A stretch of 64,000 bases of DNA from Thermoplasmatales archaeon (GCA_027343225.1 DAHWMK010000022.1:136266-200265), one strand, 5' to 3'. Shown: positions 46,728 through 57,085, numbered from the stretch's first letter. Notes: generated by a model not told the origin, from the letters alone. Numbers and translations are program-made.

Positions 46728-46998
46728 AAAACTCTAGTTGCTTACTTGTATTAAACAATTTCAATAAACAGGGGGAACCACTCCATTTAGTCAGCCCCAT
46801 CTAACTTTTGGAGATAACGGAACTGGCTACCAACCATTGTAACGAATTCTTGGCCGGCATCAACTATTCTTTCGCCTCACTACCAGTCATTCCTGAGATA
46901 TCATGTATCAGGAAGGGTGTTGAGGTAAGAACAAGTAAAAGGGGTCCTCTGTGGAACTATATTTCAGATCCAAGAGATTTGAAAAAGGCGGAATGGTA

Positions 46999-47892
46999 TC
47001 AGAGAATTATCACAAAAACAAGGTAAGAAAGAAGGGTGCCAACTATCACTCCCGTGTTAAGAAAAGGAAGACCCGGTGCAGGTTTCTTGACATTTCCCAA
47101 AACAAGGTATATCATTCCAACTATTCCGCCTACAAGGGGAAGGATGAAAAAAGGATAGAAGTGTCCAACCTTCATTCCGTATATTGCAGAGGCAACGACC
47201 ATTATACCAGGAAATGCTACATCCCCAAATCCAAGGGCCATGGCAGTGTGCCCCTCTATTCCGTCTTCTCCGATCTCTATCTTCTCTATCTTCTTTGAGA
47301 AATCGGTGGGAAAGACGAACAGCATGGGGAGGTCCCTATCTATGGCAATTTTCGCGAGACCGACCATGTGCTTCGTCTTGTACACTGAAATATAATCATA
47401 TACCGCAAACAGCGCAAGGAAGATTGCTGCTGCCCATATACCCAGTAAAAGACCAAGAAGAAATGCAATCCCAGAGGTTAGGAAGAAACCGGCTATGTTA
47501 ACTACGTACCATTTGTTGTTGAAAATCATGGCGAGGACCATGATTACTGGTGCAGCAATTATGATCGCATAGTATTGCTCGTAGTTTCGTGCGATAACTA
47601 GTCCAAGATAGTTCCAGACCATGAACACTACCAGGCCTATGACGGCCACGAAAAGCCACTTCAGGAAATTAAGCTTGAACTTCTTTGAAAGGTAGATCAA
47701 TAGAAACGAGAAAACCAGAGCCGCAACTAGATAGTACACCACGTACCCAAGTCCCGAAGTGGTTGTACTAGCAGATATGGAAGGTGAAATCTGAATAGCG
47801 ATACTAGCCAAGTAAACAGCAAAAACGGACGACAGTACAAACAGTACTAAACTGGTCAATTGAGCAACCGGTAATTCAGATTCATCAGCCAT
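46999..47892 (-). CDS. Presenilin/signal-peptide-peptidase-like intramembrane aspartyl protease (A22 family)
   Basis: 297 aa polytopic protein. YD motif is FAVYDYISVY, GxGD motif is LGFGDVAFPG, and the C-terminal PAL-like motif is PAPGLPFL. Confidence 0.8.
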   Translation of the reverse strand: MADESELPVAQLTSLVLFVLSSVFAVYLASIAIQISPSISASTTTSGLGYVVYYLVAALVFSFLLIYLSKKFKLNFLKWLFVAVIGLVVFMVWNYLGLVIARNYEQYYAIIIAAPVIMVLAMIFNNKWYVVNIAGFFLTSGIAFLLGLLLGIWAAAIFLALFAVYDYISVYKTKHMVGLAKIAIDRDLPMLFVFPTDFSKKIEKIEIGEDGIEGHTAMALGFGDVAFPGIMVVASAIYGMKVGHFYPFFILPLVGGIVGMIYLVLGNVKKPAPGLPFLNTGVIVGTLLSYLVFVIIL

Positions 47893-48071
47893 TTGACTTT
47901 CATTTCTCCTTCTGTTGATTGTTGACAGACATCAAGTTCACAATATATGGCTTTCTCTGAAATGATATGATAGAATCCGATATTTCCCAGAGATAAAGAG
48001 TCGCCCCACATACATTTATTGTCGTAGCTGTCACGAGAAATTGAAATAGTCCAGTTTCGCTCACGAACATT

Positions 48072-48611
48072 ATGAAAGGTGATAGGGCCATGGAAAATCA
48101 TACAATTCCTTCAATCAAACATCTCAATGCGCAGGGACCCTTCGAGCCTCTCAAAGACAAACTAATGCTCTTTGGTCAATTCGTCGGTGACTGGGACATC
48201 GTTGAGGCAAAGAGTCTCCAAGATGATGGTTCGTGGAAAAGTTCCAAGGGAGAGTTTCACTCCGGATGGATCTTAGGAGGAACTGCGGTTCAGGATATCT
48301 GGAGGTCGACAGAAACCGAAACCGGTGACACTGGAGGGACGACAATTCACTTCTATGATTCCAATGGGGATTCCTGGAACAGCGTCTGGATCTCTCCTGC
48401 TCAGGGCACGATAAGAGGTTTCGTAGGCAAGAAGAAGGGAGATGAAATCGTCCTAGAGTCAAGGGAAACTAACAAGAGAAAAATGAAGTGGATATTCTAC
48501 GAATTAAGTAACAATTCGTTCAAGTGGAGATCGGAATATACAAGAAATTCAGGAGAGAACTGGATCATTACAGAGAAGATGACCATCAGGAGACAGAAAA
48601 AAAATAAGTGA
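48072..48611 (+). CDS. Hypothetical protein (possible DUF1579-like beta-barrel)
   Basis: 179 aa. FVGDWDI...GWILGGTAVQDIW...IHFYD...W resembles small lipocalin-like DUF proteins, but weakly. An alternative start is ATG 48090. Confidence 0.5.
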   Translation: MKGDRAMENHTIPSIKHLNAQGPFEPLKDKLMLFGQFVGDWDIVEAKSLQDDGSWKSSKGEFHSGWILGGTAVQDIWRSTETETGDTGGTTIHFYDSNGDSWNSVWISPAQGTIRGFVGKKKGDEIVLESRETNKRKMKWIFYELSNNSFKWRSEYTRNSGENWIITEKMTIRRQKKNK

Positions 48612-48753
48612 GGGATAGGAGGACTGTCAAGAAACTGGGGAATTCACTATGCTGGCAAAAGCTGAAGTCAGTGCGGAATATTGTTTCTGCGGGATATTAC
48701 GGTACACAACCAATCGATGATAACATTATTATAGAAGTGCAAAATTAGGGTAA

Positions 48754-49236
48754 GTGCCAACTGTCTCCTATTACAGATCTCTGAAACAATCTCTATCAGA
48801 GTGTACAGAAAAGCTAAGAGCGCTAGAGGTGAGTAACAACGAGAAGGAGAAGGAAATAAAGGAGCTAAAGGAGCAAAATCTGAGATTCTCCGCAGACCTT
48901 GAAAACTTCCAGAAGAAGGTAGGAGAAGAATCACTGAAGATTGTCAGCTACGCTTCAGAGAGGATCATCAAACAACTTCTACCGGTACTCGACAGTTTGG
49001 ACAACGTGACCGATGAGGGTTCTCTTGCAATCAAAAGGCAGATAGAGGGGATACTTCAGAAAGAAGGACTGACGGCAATAAACGACAGCGTTACGTTTGA
49101 TCCAAACAAGCACGAAGCTATCGGGGCAGAAGAAGGTGGCGAGGCAAACACAATCAAAAAGGTTGTAAGAAAGGGGTACGCACTCGGAGACAGGGTGATA
49201 AGGCCAGAATTAGTAATTATCAACAAAGGTGAGTAG
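48754..49236 (+). CDS. grpE: Nucleotide exchange factor GrpE
   Basis: 160 aa from a GTG start, with a coiled-coil N-terminus, [21 protein letters not shown] and a C-terminal beta domain ([14 protein letters not shown]). Confidence 0.88.
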   Translation: MPTVSYYRSLKQSLSECTEKLRALEVSNNEKEKEIKELKEQNLRFSADLENFQKKVGEESLKIVSYASERIIKQLLPVLDSLDNVTDEGSLAIKRQIEGILQKEGLTAINDSVTFDPNKHEAIGAEEGGEANTIKKVVRKGYALGDRVIRPELVIINKGE

Positions 49237-49237
49237 A

Positions 49238-51088
49238 ATGGAGAAAATATTAGGAATAGATCTAGGGACGAGCAATTCACAAGCGGCTGTAATGATAGCC
49301 GGTAAACCAGTAGTATTGCCAAGTTCGGAAGGAACTACACTCGGAGGAAAGGCATTTCCGAGCTATGTGGCATTTACAAAGAACGGAGAACTTTTAATAG
49401 GAGAGCCAGCAAGGAGGCAGGCGCTCACAAATCCTGAGGGAACAGTCTATGCGTTCAAGAGGAGGATGGGTGAGAGTTTCAAGTTCAAAGTAAGGGACAA
49501 GGAGTACACACCGCAGCAGCTGTCTGGATTTCTCCTTCAAAAAATAAAGGACGATGCAGAGAAATATCTTGGAGAGAAGATATCAAAGGCGGTCATAACT
49601 GTCCCTGCTTATTTCAACGACAACCAGAGACAGGCAACAAAGGACGCTGGAGCGATAGCAGGACTTGACGTCGTGAGGATAATCAATGAGCCAACTGCCG
49701 CAGCACTTGCTTACGGGTTGGACAAGACTGAGGGAGAACACAGGATAATGGTGTTCGACCTTGGAGGGGGTACACTGGATGTGACCATAATGGAATTCAG
49801 TTCCGGTGTGTATGAAGTGCTATCCACCTCTGGGGACACGAAACTTGGTGGCACCGATATGGACGAGGCAGTGATCAACTACCTTGCCTCAAAGTTCCAG
49901 CAGGAGAACGGCATTGATTTGAGGAAGGACAAGAATGCGTATATCCGCCTCAAGGATGCTGCAGAAAAGGCAAAGATAGAGCTGTCCACATCGCTGTCAA
50001 CTGAGGTCAATCTTCCATACATCACAAGCGGAGCAGACGGACCAAAACATCTCCTAATATCGATGACAAGGGCAGATCTTGAGAACCTGGTAAGGCCAAC
50101 CATTGATAGGGCAAGGAGGCCGATTGAGGAGGCACTGAAGGGAGCAAAGCTTTCTGCATCGGACATAAGCAAGGTGATTCTTGTCGGCGGTCCGACCAGG
50201 ATGCCCATTGTCAAGAAGTTCGTGGAAGACATAATGGGAAAGAAGGTCGAAAGTGGGGTCGACCCGATGGAGTGTGTCGCAATTGGTGCATCCATTCAAG
50301 GAGCCGTCCTCGCAGGCGAGGTCAAAGGGATAGTACTCCTCGATGTCACTCCCCTCACCCTGAGCATAGAAACTCTGGGTGGCGTTGCCACTCCGCTTAT
50401 AGCCGCCAACACGACAATACCGACCAAAAAATCACAGATTTTCTCCACAGCTGCAGACAACCAAACGGCTGTGGAGATAATAATAGTTCAGGGAGAAAGG
50501 CCCATGGCTAAGGACAACACTTCTCTTGGTAGGTTCATGTTAGACGGAATCCCCCCTGCACCCAGAGGGATGCCGCAGATAGAAGTGACTTTCGACATAG
50601 ACTCGAATGGAATACTGAATGTTACCGCCAAAGATCTGGCAACGAATAAACAGCGTGGGATCACCATTACATCCAGCACTAAGCTCAGCAAGGAAGAAAT
50701 CAACAGAATGAAAGAGGAAGCAAAGAAGTACGAAGAGGAAGATAAGAAAAAGAAGGAGGAGATTGAAACTATAAACGGTGCGGAGGCCCTTGCTTACTCT
50801 ACGGAAAAGACCATAAGCGATTATGGAGACAAGATTCCTCAGGACATCAAGGACAACATAAACGGGAAGCTTAAAGATCTCAGGGACGAGATTCAGAAAA
50901 AGGATCTTGCGGCAATAAAGGAGAAGATGGATGTGTTGACAAAGGAGATCCAGAAGATAGGTGAATACATGTACAAGAACGTCAAGCAGGAAGAGCAACC
51001 ACAGTCTACTGGCAGTGGAGAGACCCCTCCAGGCACTAATCCCGGAGAGACTGAAATTCACGAAGATAAAGAAAATAAGGGCCAATGA
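49238..51088 (+). CDS. dnaK: Molecular chaperone DnaK (Hsp70)
   Basis: [33 protein letters not shown] and [17 protein letters not shown] 49238 lies 2 nt after the grpE stop. The track start at 49229 overlaps grpE. Confidence 0.95.
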   Translation: MEKILGIDLGTSNSQAAVMIAGKPVVLPSSEGTTLGGKAFPSYVAFTKNGELLIGEPARRQALTNPEGTVYAFKRRMGESFKFKVRDKEYTPQQLSGFLLQKIKDDAEKYLGEKISKAVITVPAYFNDNQRQATKDAGAIAGLDVVRIINEPTAAALAYGLDKTEGEHRIMVFDLGGGTLDVTIMEFSSGVYEVLSTSGDTKLGGTDMDEAVINYLASKFQQENGIDLRKDKNAYIRLKDAAEKAKIELSTSLSTEVNLPYITSGADGPKHLLISMTRADLENLVRPTIDRARRPIEEALKGAKLSASDISKVILVGGPTRMPIVKKFVEDIMGKKVESGVDPMECVAIGASIQGAVLAGEVKGIVLLDVTPLTLSIETLGGVATPLIAANTTIPTKKSQIFSTAADNQTAVEIIIVQGERPMAKDNTSLGRFMLDGIPPAPRGMPQIEVTFDIDSNGILNVTAKDLATNKQRGITITSSTKLSKEEINRMKEEAKKYEEEDKKKKEEIETINGAEALAYSTEKTISDYGDKIPQDIKDNINGKLKDLRDEIQKKDLAAIKEKMDVLTKEIQKIGEYMYKNVKQEEQPQSTGSGETPPGTNPGETEIHEDKENKGQ

Positions 51089-51101
51089 ACTTCTGATGTG
51101 A

Positions 51102-52208
51102 ATGGGCAAGGACTATTACGCAATTCTCGGAGTGGACAGAAAGGCATCCAAGGAAGAGATAAAGAAATCATACAGAGAACTTGCTAAGAAATATCATCCA
51201 GACCTCAACCCCCAGAACAAGAAGGAGGCAGAGGAGAAGTTCAAGGACATCAGCGAAGCGTACGAAGTCCTTATGGACGACCAAAAGAGGGCCAGATTCG
51301 ACCAGTACGGAGAAGAGGGGGTGAAGTTCCAGGGACAAGGATTCGACTGGAACCAGTTCCACCACTATCAGGATATTCAGGATATATTTGGAGACCTGTT
51401 TTCCCAGTTCGGCTTTGGGGGAGGAGGATTTGGCAACCCATTTGGGGGATTCTCGAACCAGCAGAGAGAACTGAGAGGACAGGACGTTTACGTAGAAATT
51501 CCAATAGATATAAGGAGAATCGCGAGGGGAGAAAAGATCGAAGTGTTCTACTTCAGGGAAATGAAGTGTGAAGAGTGCAATGGTACTGGATCATCCACAA
51601 AAAAGCTCCTGACGTGCCCTACCTGCAGAGGACGAGGATATGTAGAGAGATCCTCGAATCAGGGATTCATAGTTTTTAGGACCACCGAGGTCTGCAGAAC
51701 GTGCAACGGTAGGGGGAAGGTTCCAGAAAAGGTGTGTCATGTCTGTTCCGGCTCTGGATACACCAGAAAAAAGGACAAGATAGAAATTTCACCGCCTCCA
51801 GGAATCCATGAGGAAGAGGTATACATACTGAGGGACAAGGGAAACTATAGGTACGGAGGATCCGGAGACTTGAGAATCAAGTTCGACATTGATTACATGG
51901 AATTCAGGAGATCGGGGGACGACCTGGAAAAGGACATTCAGGTTGACTTTATTGACGCCATAATAGGAGGAAAGGAGAAGGTCAACCTGCTTCGAGAAGA
52001 GAAGGAGATAGACATACCTGTAGGAACTCAGCCTGAAGAACGGCTCGTGCTGAAGGGAGAGGGGATACAGAAGAAGACAGGCAGAGGGAATGCAGACCTG
52101 ATACTCAGAGTGAAGGTGGCTCTGCCAAAGAAGATATCGAAGAAACAGCGTGAATTGCTGGAACAGTTCAAAAATGAGAAGGGATTCTTCTCTCAGTTTC
52201 ACTTGTGA
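51102..52208 (+). CDS. dnaJ: Co-chaperone DnaJ (type I)
   Basis: 368 aa with a J domain (KKYHPDLNP), a G/F-rich linker and four CxxCxGxG repeats ([32 protein letters not shown]). Confidence 0.93.
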   Translation: MGKDYYAILGVDRKASKEEIKKSYRELAKKYHPDLNPQNKKEAEEKFKDISEAYEVLMDDQKRARFDQYGEEGVKFQGQGFDWNQFHHYQDIQDIFGDLFSQFGFGGGGFGNPFGGFSNQQRELRGQDVYVEIPIDIRRIARGEKIEVFYFREMKCEECNGTGSSTKKLLTCPTCRGRGYVERSSNQGFIVFRTTEVCRTCNGRGKVPEKVCHVCSGSGYTRKKDKIEISPPPGIHEEEVYILRDKGNYRYGGSGDLRIKFDIDYMEFRRSGDDLEKDIQVDFIDAIIGGKEKVNLLREEKEIDIPVGTQPEERLVLKGEGIQKKTGRGNADLILRVKVALPKKISKKQRELLEQFKNEKGFFSQFHL

Positions 52209-52897
52209 ATCGAAAAGTACATCCTCTTGTTATTTTTTCCCTTGTTTTCAATCTTGTAAATTTCAATCTCTCCCACTTCCGAGGTGTTCTTGACGTGAGT
52301 ACCGCCGTCGGGTTGCATGTCTATATCTCCAATTTTCACCACCCTCAGGGTGTCTGAATCAGGAAGCAACCTGGCATCCACTTTCAGAGCTCCTTCCGTT
52401 TTTAGGATATCATCTCTACTCATCGAGAGAACAGAGACGTCCTGATTCCTTTTCAGCTCTTCGTTCACTCTTGCCTGCAGAGAGCGGGAAATTTCGCTGT
52501 TCCAGTCTTTGAAATTGAAGTCTATCCTCGAGTATTCCAGATTTATCTGGTTGCCAGTTATCGAGGCACCAAACTCTTTCATGGCTATTGAAGAAACCAC
52601 GTGAATTGCGGTGTGCATTTTCATGTGTTTGTATCTCCTATCCCAGTCAATAATGAGTTTGACTCTCTCCCCTAAGGATGGAAGAGGCTCGGTCTTATGG
52701 ACTATCTCCTCCTGTTTTGTAACGTCCTTCACTTCGTATCTGGTTGATCCAATCATAGCTCCAGTATCTGTGGGTTGACCTCCTGATGCCGCATAGAAGA
52801 TCGTTCTATCCAGGATGACCCCATCCCTCAGCTCGATGACTTCAGCTTCCAATTCCCTGAGATAGGAATCTTCAAGGTACAGCTGGGCCGTTCTCAT
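52199..52897 (-). CDS. alaX: Alanyl-tRNA editing protein AlaX (AlaX-M type)
   Basis: 232 aa with [21 protein letters not shown] and QPDGGTHV Zn-binding editing motifs. Confidence 0.85.
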   Translation of the reverse strand: MRTAQLYLEDSYLRELEAEVIELRDGVILDRTIFYAASGGQPTDTGAMIGSTRYEVKDVTKQEEIVHKTEPLPSLGERVKLIIDWDRRYKHMKMHTAIHVVSSIAMKEFGASITGNQINLEYSRIDFNFKDWNSEISRSLQARVNEELKRNQDVSVLSMSRDDILKTEGALKVDARLLPDSDTLRVVKIGDIDMQPDGGTHVKNTSEVGEIEIYKIENKGKNNKRMYFSIHK

Positions 52898-53796
52898 TTC
52901 AGCACACCTACGAAGGGGATCAATATCGAGAACATGGCAACGAACAAGAAGAATATTCCTATGAACACGTTCGTCGAAACGAAGAGCTTCATAATACGCG
53001 TTTCAGGTTGCGCAAGTGCAAGGAGGTAAGATACAAATAGATATCCTCCAAGGATCAGATAAACCACAAAGACTGTGATCCCAATATAAAACGGGAAGTA
53101 CAGTCTGAATTCATATCCGGTCATGACTGTTATAACCACCGCAAGGAGTGCGATAGGAAATAGAATCCTCATTGACTGTTGGGTGGTCCTACCGACTGGA
53201 AGCATTGGAACTGAAGCATTAGCATAGTCTTCCCTGTACTTTATGGAGAGCGACCAGATGTGTAGAGGAGTCCAGATGAAGATTGTCCCGAACATCAAGA
53301 TTGCCAATACGCTGAATGAAGACGTGAAAGCATAAAAACCTGCAAGGAGAGGTGCTGCCCCTGAGTAAGCGCCCAGTATTATGTTCCACGGGGTTCTCTT
53401 CTTCGTGAGGTAGGAATATATTATCGTATAGTCAAAGATGCCAGTTGCCATGAAGGTGAGAGACAGGAGCGATCTGAATGCAGCCAATATGAGGGTAATC
53501 GCTATCAGGATTAGACCGCCATATAGCGCCACATATGGTTTCATTCTCCCTGAAGGAAGTGCCCTGTCCTTCGTTCTCTTCATCTTCTTGTCAATGGAAA
53601 TGTCAAAATAATTAGACAGAGACTCAGCACCCATCAATCCTAACGCGATATAAAGAGCGACATAAAGGAACCCCCCTACGTCCAAACTTCTCATGATGCT
53701 AAGTGCAAATACTTCGCCTGCAATTCCAGTTATCAGGAGAAAAACCCATACCCTAGGCTTTGTCATGAAGAAGAAATCGCTAACGAAGTTTCCCAT
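52894..53796 (-). CDS. ctaB: Protoheme IX farnesyltransferase (heme O synthase), UbiA family
   Basis: 300 aa with about 8-9 TM segments and NYFDISIDKKMKRTKDRALPSG (Asp-rich UbiA motif). Its stop overlaps the alaX start (ATGA). Confidence 0.85.
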   Translation of the reverse strand: MGNFVSDFFFMTKPRVWVFLLITGIAGEVFALSIMRSLDVGGFLYVALYIALGLMGAESLSNYFDISIDKKMKRTKDRALPSGRMKPYVALYGGLILIAITLILAAFRSLLSLTFMATGIFDYTIIYSYLTKKRTPWNIILGAYSGAAPLLAGFYAFTSSFSVLAILMFGTIFIWTPLHIWSLSIKYREDYANASVPMLPVGRTTQQSMRILFPIALLAVVITVMTGYEFRLYFPFYIGITVFVVYLILGGYLFVSYLLALAQPETRIMKLFVSTNVFIGIFFLFVAMFSILIPFVGVLK

Positions 53797-54050
53797 TGAA
53801 AGGACAATAAGGGACTCTATAAATTAATATGGTCGCAGGAAGGTAGATGCATCCATTTGTTTTCTGAAATAATGGAGGGAAATAGGTCCCACCCTCATCA
53901 CTTTGACATCGAGTCCGTTCAACCTAAAGGCTAAATAATGACATCGGATGCAGATTAACTCGTCAGCAACTTTACTTAAGAAGAGTTAAATCTGATATCA
54001 TAAAACCATGTCATCCAAAATAGTGAGGTTGTTGCTTGAGTTTCAGAGTT

Positions 54051-54122
54051 GGGCTGGTAGATCAGCGGAAGATCGCCTCCTTGGCATGGAGGAGGCCCGG
54101 GGTTCAAATCCCCGCCAGTCCA
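54051..54122 (+). tRNA. tRNA-Ala (anticodon GGC)
   Basis: GGGCTGGTAGATCAGCGGAAGATCGCCTCCTTGGCATGGAGGAGGCCCGGGGTTCAAATCCCCGCCAGTCCA. The acceptor stem carries the G3:U70 alanine identity pair, and the anticodon loop is TTGGCAT. No CCA is encoded. Confidence 0.93.
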
Positions 54123-54125
54123 TTA

Positions 54126-54700
54126 CAACTGGTTCAGGGTTGGGGGGATTTGAACCTTCTAACTCCATTAAAAAACCTGATTTCACTTTAGTTGCTTTCT
54201 CAATTGTTACTAGCTGATCCTTCAACTCATATATTTGTTGCGTGTCTACCCGTTCATGACCCAGGATAAGTCTCACGATTTTGGCAATTTCATTCCAATC
54301 TACAGATAATCTCCTGTCTCCTCACGTCCATATTCATAATACAGGGAGATTAATGATACCTAGAAACATCAGTCATTTCTTAGCAAGAAATTACTAATCG
54401 ACCTTAAAGTGTTGGAGAGGATACAGTGATTGGTAAGCGATCGGCAGCAGTTCAAACGATCTCCTTTTTCAGTTCTTACCCGGTAGTTCCAATCACATGA
54501 ATATTGGACATTGCTCTGATAGCGTTCAGAAAACTCTGCTTGGGCAATTTGAGCACTAATTATAATTACGAACGGTGATTTCTAGGGAATCATATCTGAT
54601 TAGCTTTTGTTAGGGATGGGATAATAAAGATGTCAGATTGAGGATGGTCGAAGAATTTTAAGAACATCAATGAAGATACTATTTTCCAATAAAACTTACG
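54126..54700 (-). pseudogene. Decayed tyrosine recombinase (integrase) gene next to tRNA-Ala
   Basis: Hand translation of the minus strand gives ...DWNEIAKIVRLILGHERVDTQQIYELKD (LGH..T..Y box II, 54229-54264). It is preceded one frame off by MNMDVRRQEIICRLE (HxLRR-like, 54317-54328) at the canonical ~24-codon spacing. Further upstream are fragments LELPGKN*KRRSFELLP and VLKILRPSSI* resembling GKG.K.R..P and the box I Arg region. Multiple stops and frameshifts are present. Confidence 0.6.
54144..54156. repeat. 13-nt perfect inverted copy of the tRNA-Ala T-arm (GGGGATTTGAACC versus GGTTCAAATCCCC at 54101-54113)
   Basis: Direct reading of the sequence. On the minus strand it reads GGTTCAAATCCCCCCAACCCTG, which resembles a tRNA 3' part (T-loop to acceptor end) lacking a matching 5' T-stem. 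Confidence 0.7.
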
Positions 54701-54762
54701 CTAAGACAGAAATATCAAAAGGTACAGAACAAATTTATTAGGTTCGGGGAAATAAATAGAGG

Positions 54763-55248
54763 ATGTGGGAGAAAATTCTCAAGAAAAATTTTGACAAGAC
54801 AGACATCGAAATAATGACATCACTCAATCAGGACGGTAGGATCACAGACCAAAAGATAGCAAATAGACTTGGGATTTCGAAAACTTCTGTCAGGACTAGA
54901 AGACTAAGGCTACAGAAGACAGGAGCAATAAAGATAATAGCACTTCTTGTTCTTCAAAATATGTCTCTTTCTTATGCAGACGTTTTAATTCAATTCAAGC
55001 CGGACTCCGACATTGGTACCATAAAAAGATTCGTGAATGCGTGTGCAAGCGATGAGTATATCTACGAAATTTCTGAATACGTCGGAGCGTATGACCTTCT
55101 TCTTAGATTTTTCGACAGGGATCTAAATGACCTAAAGGAGCATATAATTTCCACGGTCTTAGGTAATAAGATAATTTCCAACTACACCGTTTTCCCAGTA
55201 GTAAGGAGCTACAAAGCATGGGGAAATACTCTCAGTTCTGACGATTAA
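54763..55248 (+). CDS. Lrp/AsnC-family transcriptional regulator
   Basis: 161 aa with the HTH DIEIMTSLNQDGRITDQKIANRLGISKTSVRTRRLRLQKTG and a RAM-like C-terminal domain. Confidence 0.8.
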   Translation: MWEKILKKNFDKTDIEIMTSLNQDGRITDQKIANRLGISKTSVRTRRLRLQKTGAIKIIALLVLQNMSLSYADVLIQFKPDSDIGTIKRFVNACASDEYIYEISEYVGAYDLLLRFFDRDLNDLKEHIISTVLGNKIISNYTVFPVVRSYKAWGNTLSSDD

Positions 55249-55352
55249 AGTGAAAGGGACTGTGCCTTACTGAAACCGTTAAACTGAGATCTCCACTATT
55301 TACCTCATTTGCTTTTTCAGAGAGATACTTCATTTGGCTCACCAACGGACCT

Positions 55353-57083
55353 CTAATGTCTCTTAATCCGTTCCCTAAGTTTTCTTGTCTCCTCGAGATT
55401 TACTCCTGAGATATCTTCATGAAGAACTACCCCATAAATCTCCTTTGCGACTTGAATCGATACCAGCTCATTCCTCACATCTGCCAGAACTTTCTGCGGG
55501 TCCCTGTCTAGAGGGTCTCCATATCCGCCACCTGAAGACGTCATTATGCTTATGAGGTCCCCATCAAGAAGGCGTTCCGCTGATAGTCTCCTAATCTCTT
55601 TCCGTCTTCCACTCTCGAAAGTTATGACCTTATTGCCAGATCCATCTTGACCATCGTTAATACCCCATGGTTTAAAGTCGTGTCTTCCGACCTGCAAAGT
55701 AACCAGTGCCTCGCTGTTTCTGATCCGGTAGTTTCTGATTACACCAAAACCGCCCCTAAATTTGCCGTGACCCCCGCCACTTTCGAGGTTTAGCGAATAT
55801 CTTTCGACCACGATCGGAAAGTTCTTTTCGTACACTTCGGATGAAGCTATGTATGTTTCTCCATCACCGCACGCAACGAGGCCACTCGTTCCATCATAGA
55901 GTGCAGTTGCGCCCCATCCTCCAGGTTGTGGTTCTACAATCGCAAAAGGTTCCTTGGTCTTGTCATTTATCCCACCAACTATGGTAGCTACTATAGATAG
56001 GAAATGGCCTGCAGGCAGCCTGTCTGGGAAATTAGGAGCAAGCGCCTTCCAGACAAGTTCAGTAGCAAAGGCTATTGCCTCCCAATCAGTTGATGTCGGT
56101 GCTGGTCTTACTGGATAGAATACCGATCCAGGTTCAGCTACAACCTTTAGTGGTTTGAAGTAACCGCCGGTTGGATACGCGTGTGGATCCGTAACTGCAA
56201 GGAAAACTTCTCTTACCCCAGAAACTGTCGCAGGAAAAGGAGAATTTATTGGACTCATCACCTGCCTGTCGCTTCCCCTGAAATCCACAGAAAATTCGTC
56301 ATCAGTAATCTTTACCTTCGTCCTTACGTAAACTGGATCTTTCTTGTTGGCGATTGCTGCATCAATATAATCTTCAGCTTCGAATTCCCCCTTGGGGAGT
56401 TCCTTCAGTTTGAGTTTTGCGTACTTTTCGCCATCTTCGGACAATTTCTTCATTGCTGTAAGAACGTTTTCAATTCCATACTTTTCAATAAGTTTCTTGA
56501 CCCTCATTTCTGCAACTCTCATCGAAGCAGCCTGTGATTCCATGTCGCCCAAGGTGTAGGATGGAAGTCTGGAATTCTCTAGTATAACCTCAATCAAGTC
56601 TTTATTTCTTTTACCCTTGTCAAAGAGCTTGACGCATGGCATCTGCAAGCCTTCTTGAAATATCTCTGTTGAGTTCGGGTTCCAACTCCCGAAAGCCATA
56701 CCCCCGATTTCGCTCCAGTGTCCTTTGTTAACTACAAGCCCTATCAATTCATCTCTGTGGAACATTGGCAGTACTAACGTCACATCGTTGAGGTGAGTTC
56801 CAGAATTGTATGGAACATTGCTCACTATGATGTCTCCAGGATGCAGCTCTTCTTTCCACTTGTCGAGTACTTCCCTTGCAGCGAAGTCAAGAACTCCTGA
56901 GAATGCAGGTACTCCTGGTGCCTGTGCCACCAGTTCACCCTTAGCATCAGTCATTCCAACTGCGAAATCATAGACCTCGTATATGACGGGGCTCTTTGCA
57001 GTTCTAGCGAATGATATGAACATTTCCTCATTTGCGACTATCAGCCCATTTTTTACGATTTCGATTGTAAATCGGTCTGTCAC
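55353..57083 (-). CDS. hyuB: Hydantoinase B / oxoprolinase family protein (HyuB-like)
   Basis: Carries FTIEIVKNGL..., PGDIIVSNVPYNSGTHLNDV and GGGYGDP, typical of this family. I prefer GTG 57083, just after the hyuA stop and following GGGGGTGAAG. The track start at 57131 would overlap hyuA by 46 nt. Confidence 0.85.
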   Translation of the reverse strand: MTDRFTIEIVKNGLIVANEEMFISFARTAKSPVIYEVYDFAVGMTDAKGELVAQAPGVPAFSGVLDFAAREVLDKWKEELHPGDIIVSNVPYNSGTHLNDVTLVLPMFHRDELIGLVVNKGHWSEIGGMAFGSWNPNSTEIFQEGLQMPCVKLFDKGKRNKDLIEVILENSRLPSYTLGDMESQAASMRVAEMRVKKLIEKYGIENVLTAMKKLSEDGEKYAKLKLKELPKGEFEAEDYIDAAIANKKDPVYVRTKVKITDDEFSVDFRGSDRQVMSPINSPFPATVSGVREVFLAVTDPHAYPTGGYFKPLKVVAEPGSVFYPVRPAPTSTDWEAIAFATELVWKALAPNFPDRLPAGHFLSIVATIVGGINDKTKEPFAIVEPQPGGWGATALYDGTSGLVACGDGETYIASSEVYEKNFPIVVERYSLNLESGGGHGKFRGGFGVIRNYRIRNSEALVTLQVGRHDFKPWGINDGQDGSGNKVITFESGRRKEIRRLSAERLLDGDLISIMTSSGGGYGDPLDRDPQKVLADVRNELVSIQVAKEIYGVVLHEDISGVNLEETRKLRERIKRH

Positions 57084-57085
57084 TC

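Noticed and set aside
46808-47026. 72-aa plus-strand ORF between the ChrB-like and presenilin genes, and a weak C/D-box-like pattern (TGATGC...CTGA) on the minus strand
   Set aside because: The ORF uses a TTG start and runs into the presenilin 3' end. The box motifs are imperfect and lack the C'/D' pair, so neither is supportable.
50540-51109. 189-aa ORF antisense to the dnaK 3' end
   Set aside because: It is a Leu/Phe-rich, low-complexity mirror image of the Lys/Glu-rich DnaK C-terminal tail. No independent start context is present.
54043-54276. SSV-type split integrase (Int-N fragment reading into the tRNA), which would imply an intact provirus to the right
   Set aside because: The fragment carries the C-terminal LGH...Y box rather than an N-terminal part. 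Upstream integrase sequence is riddled with stops. No Int-C ORF or direct repeat of the tRNA 3' half occurs in the remaining 10 kb. I therefore interpret it as a decayed integrase and not an active split gene.
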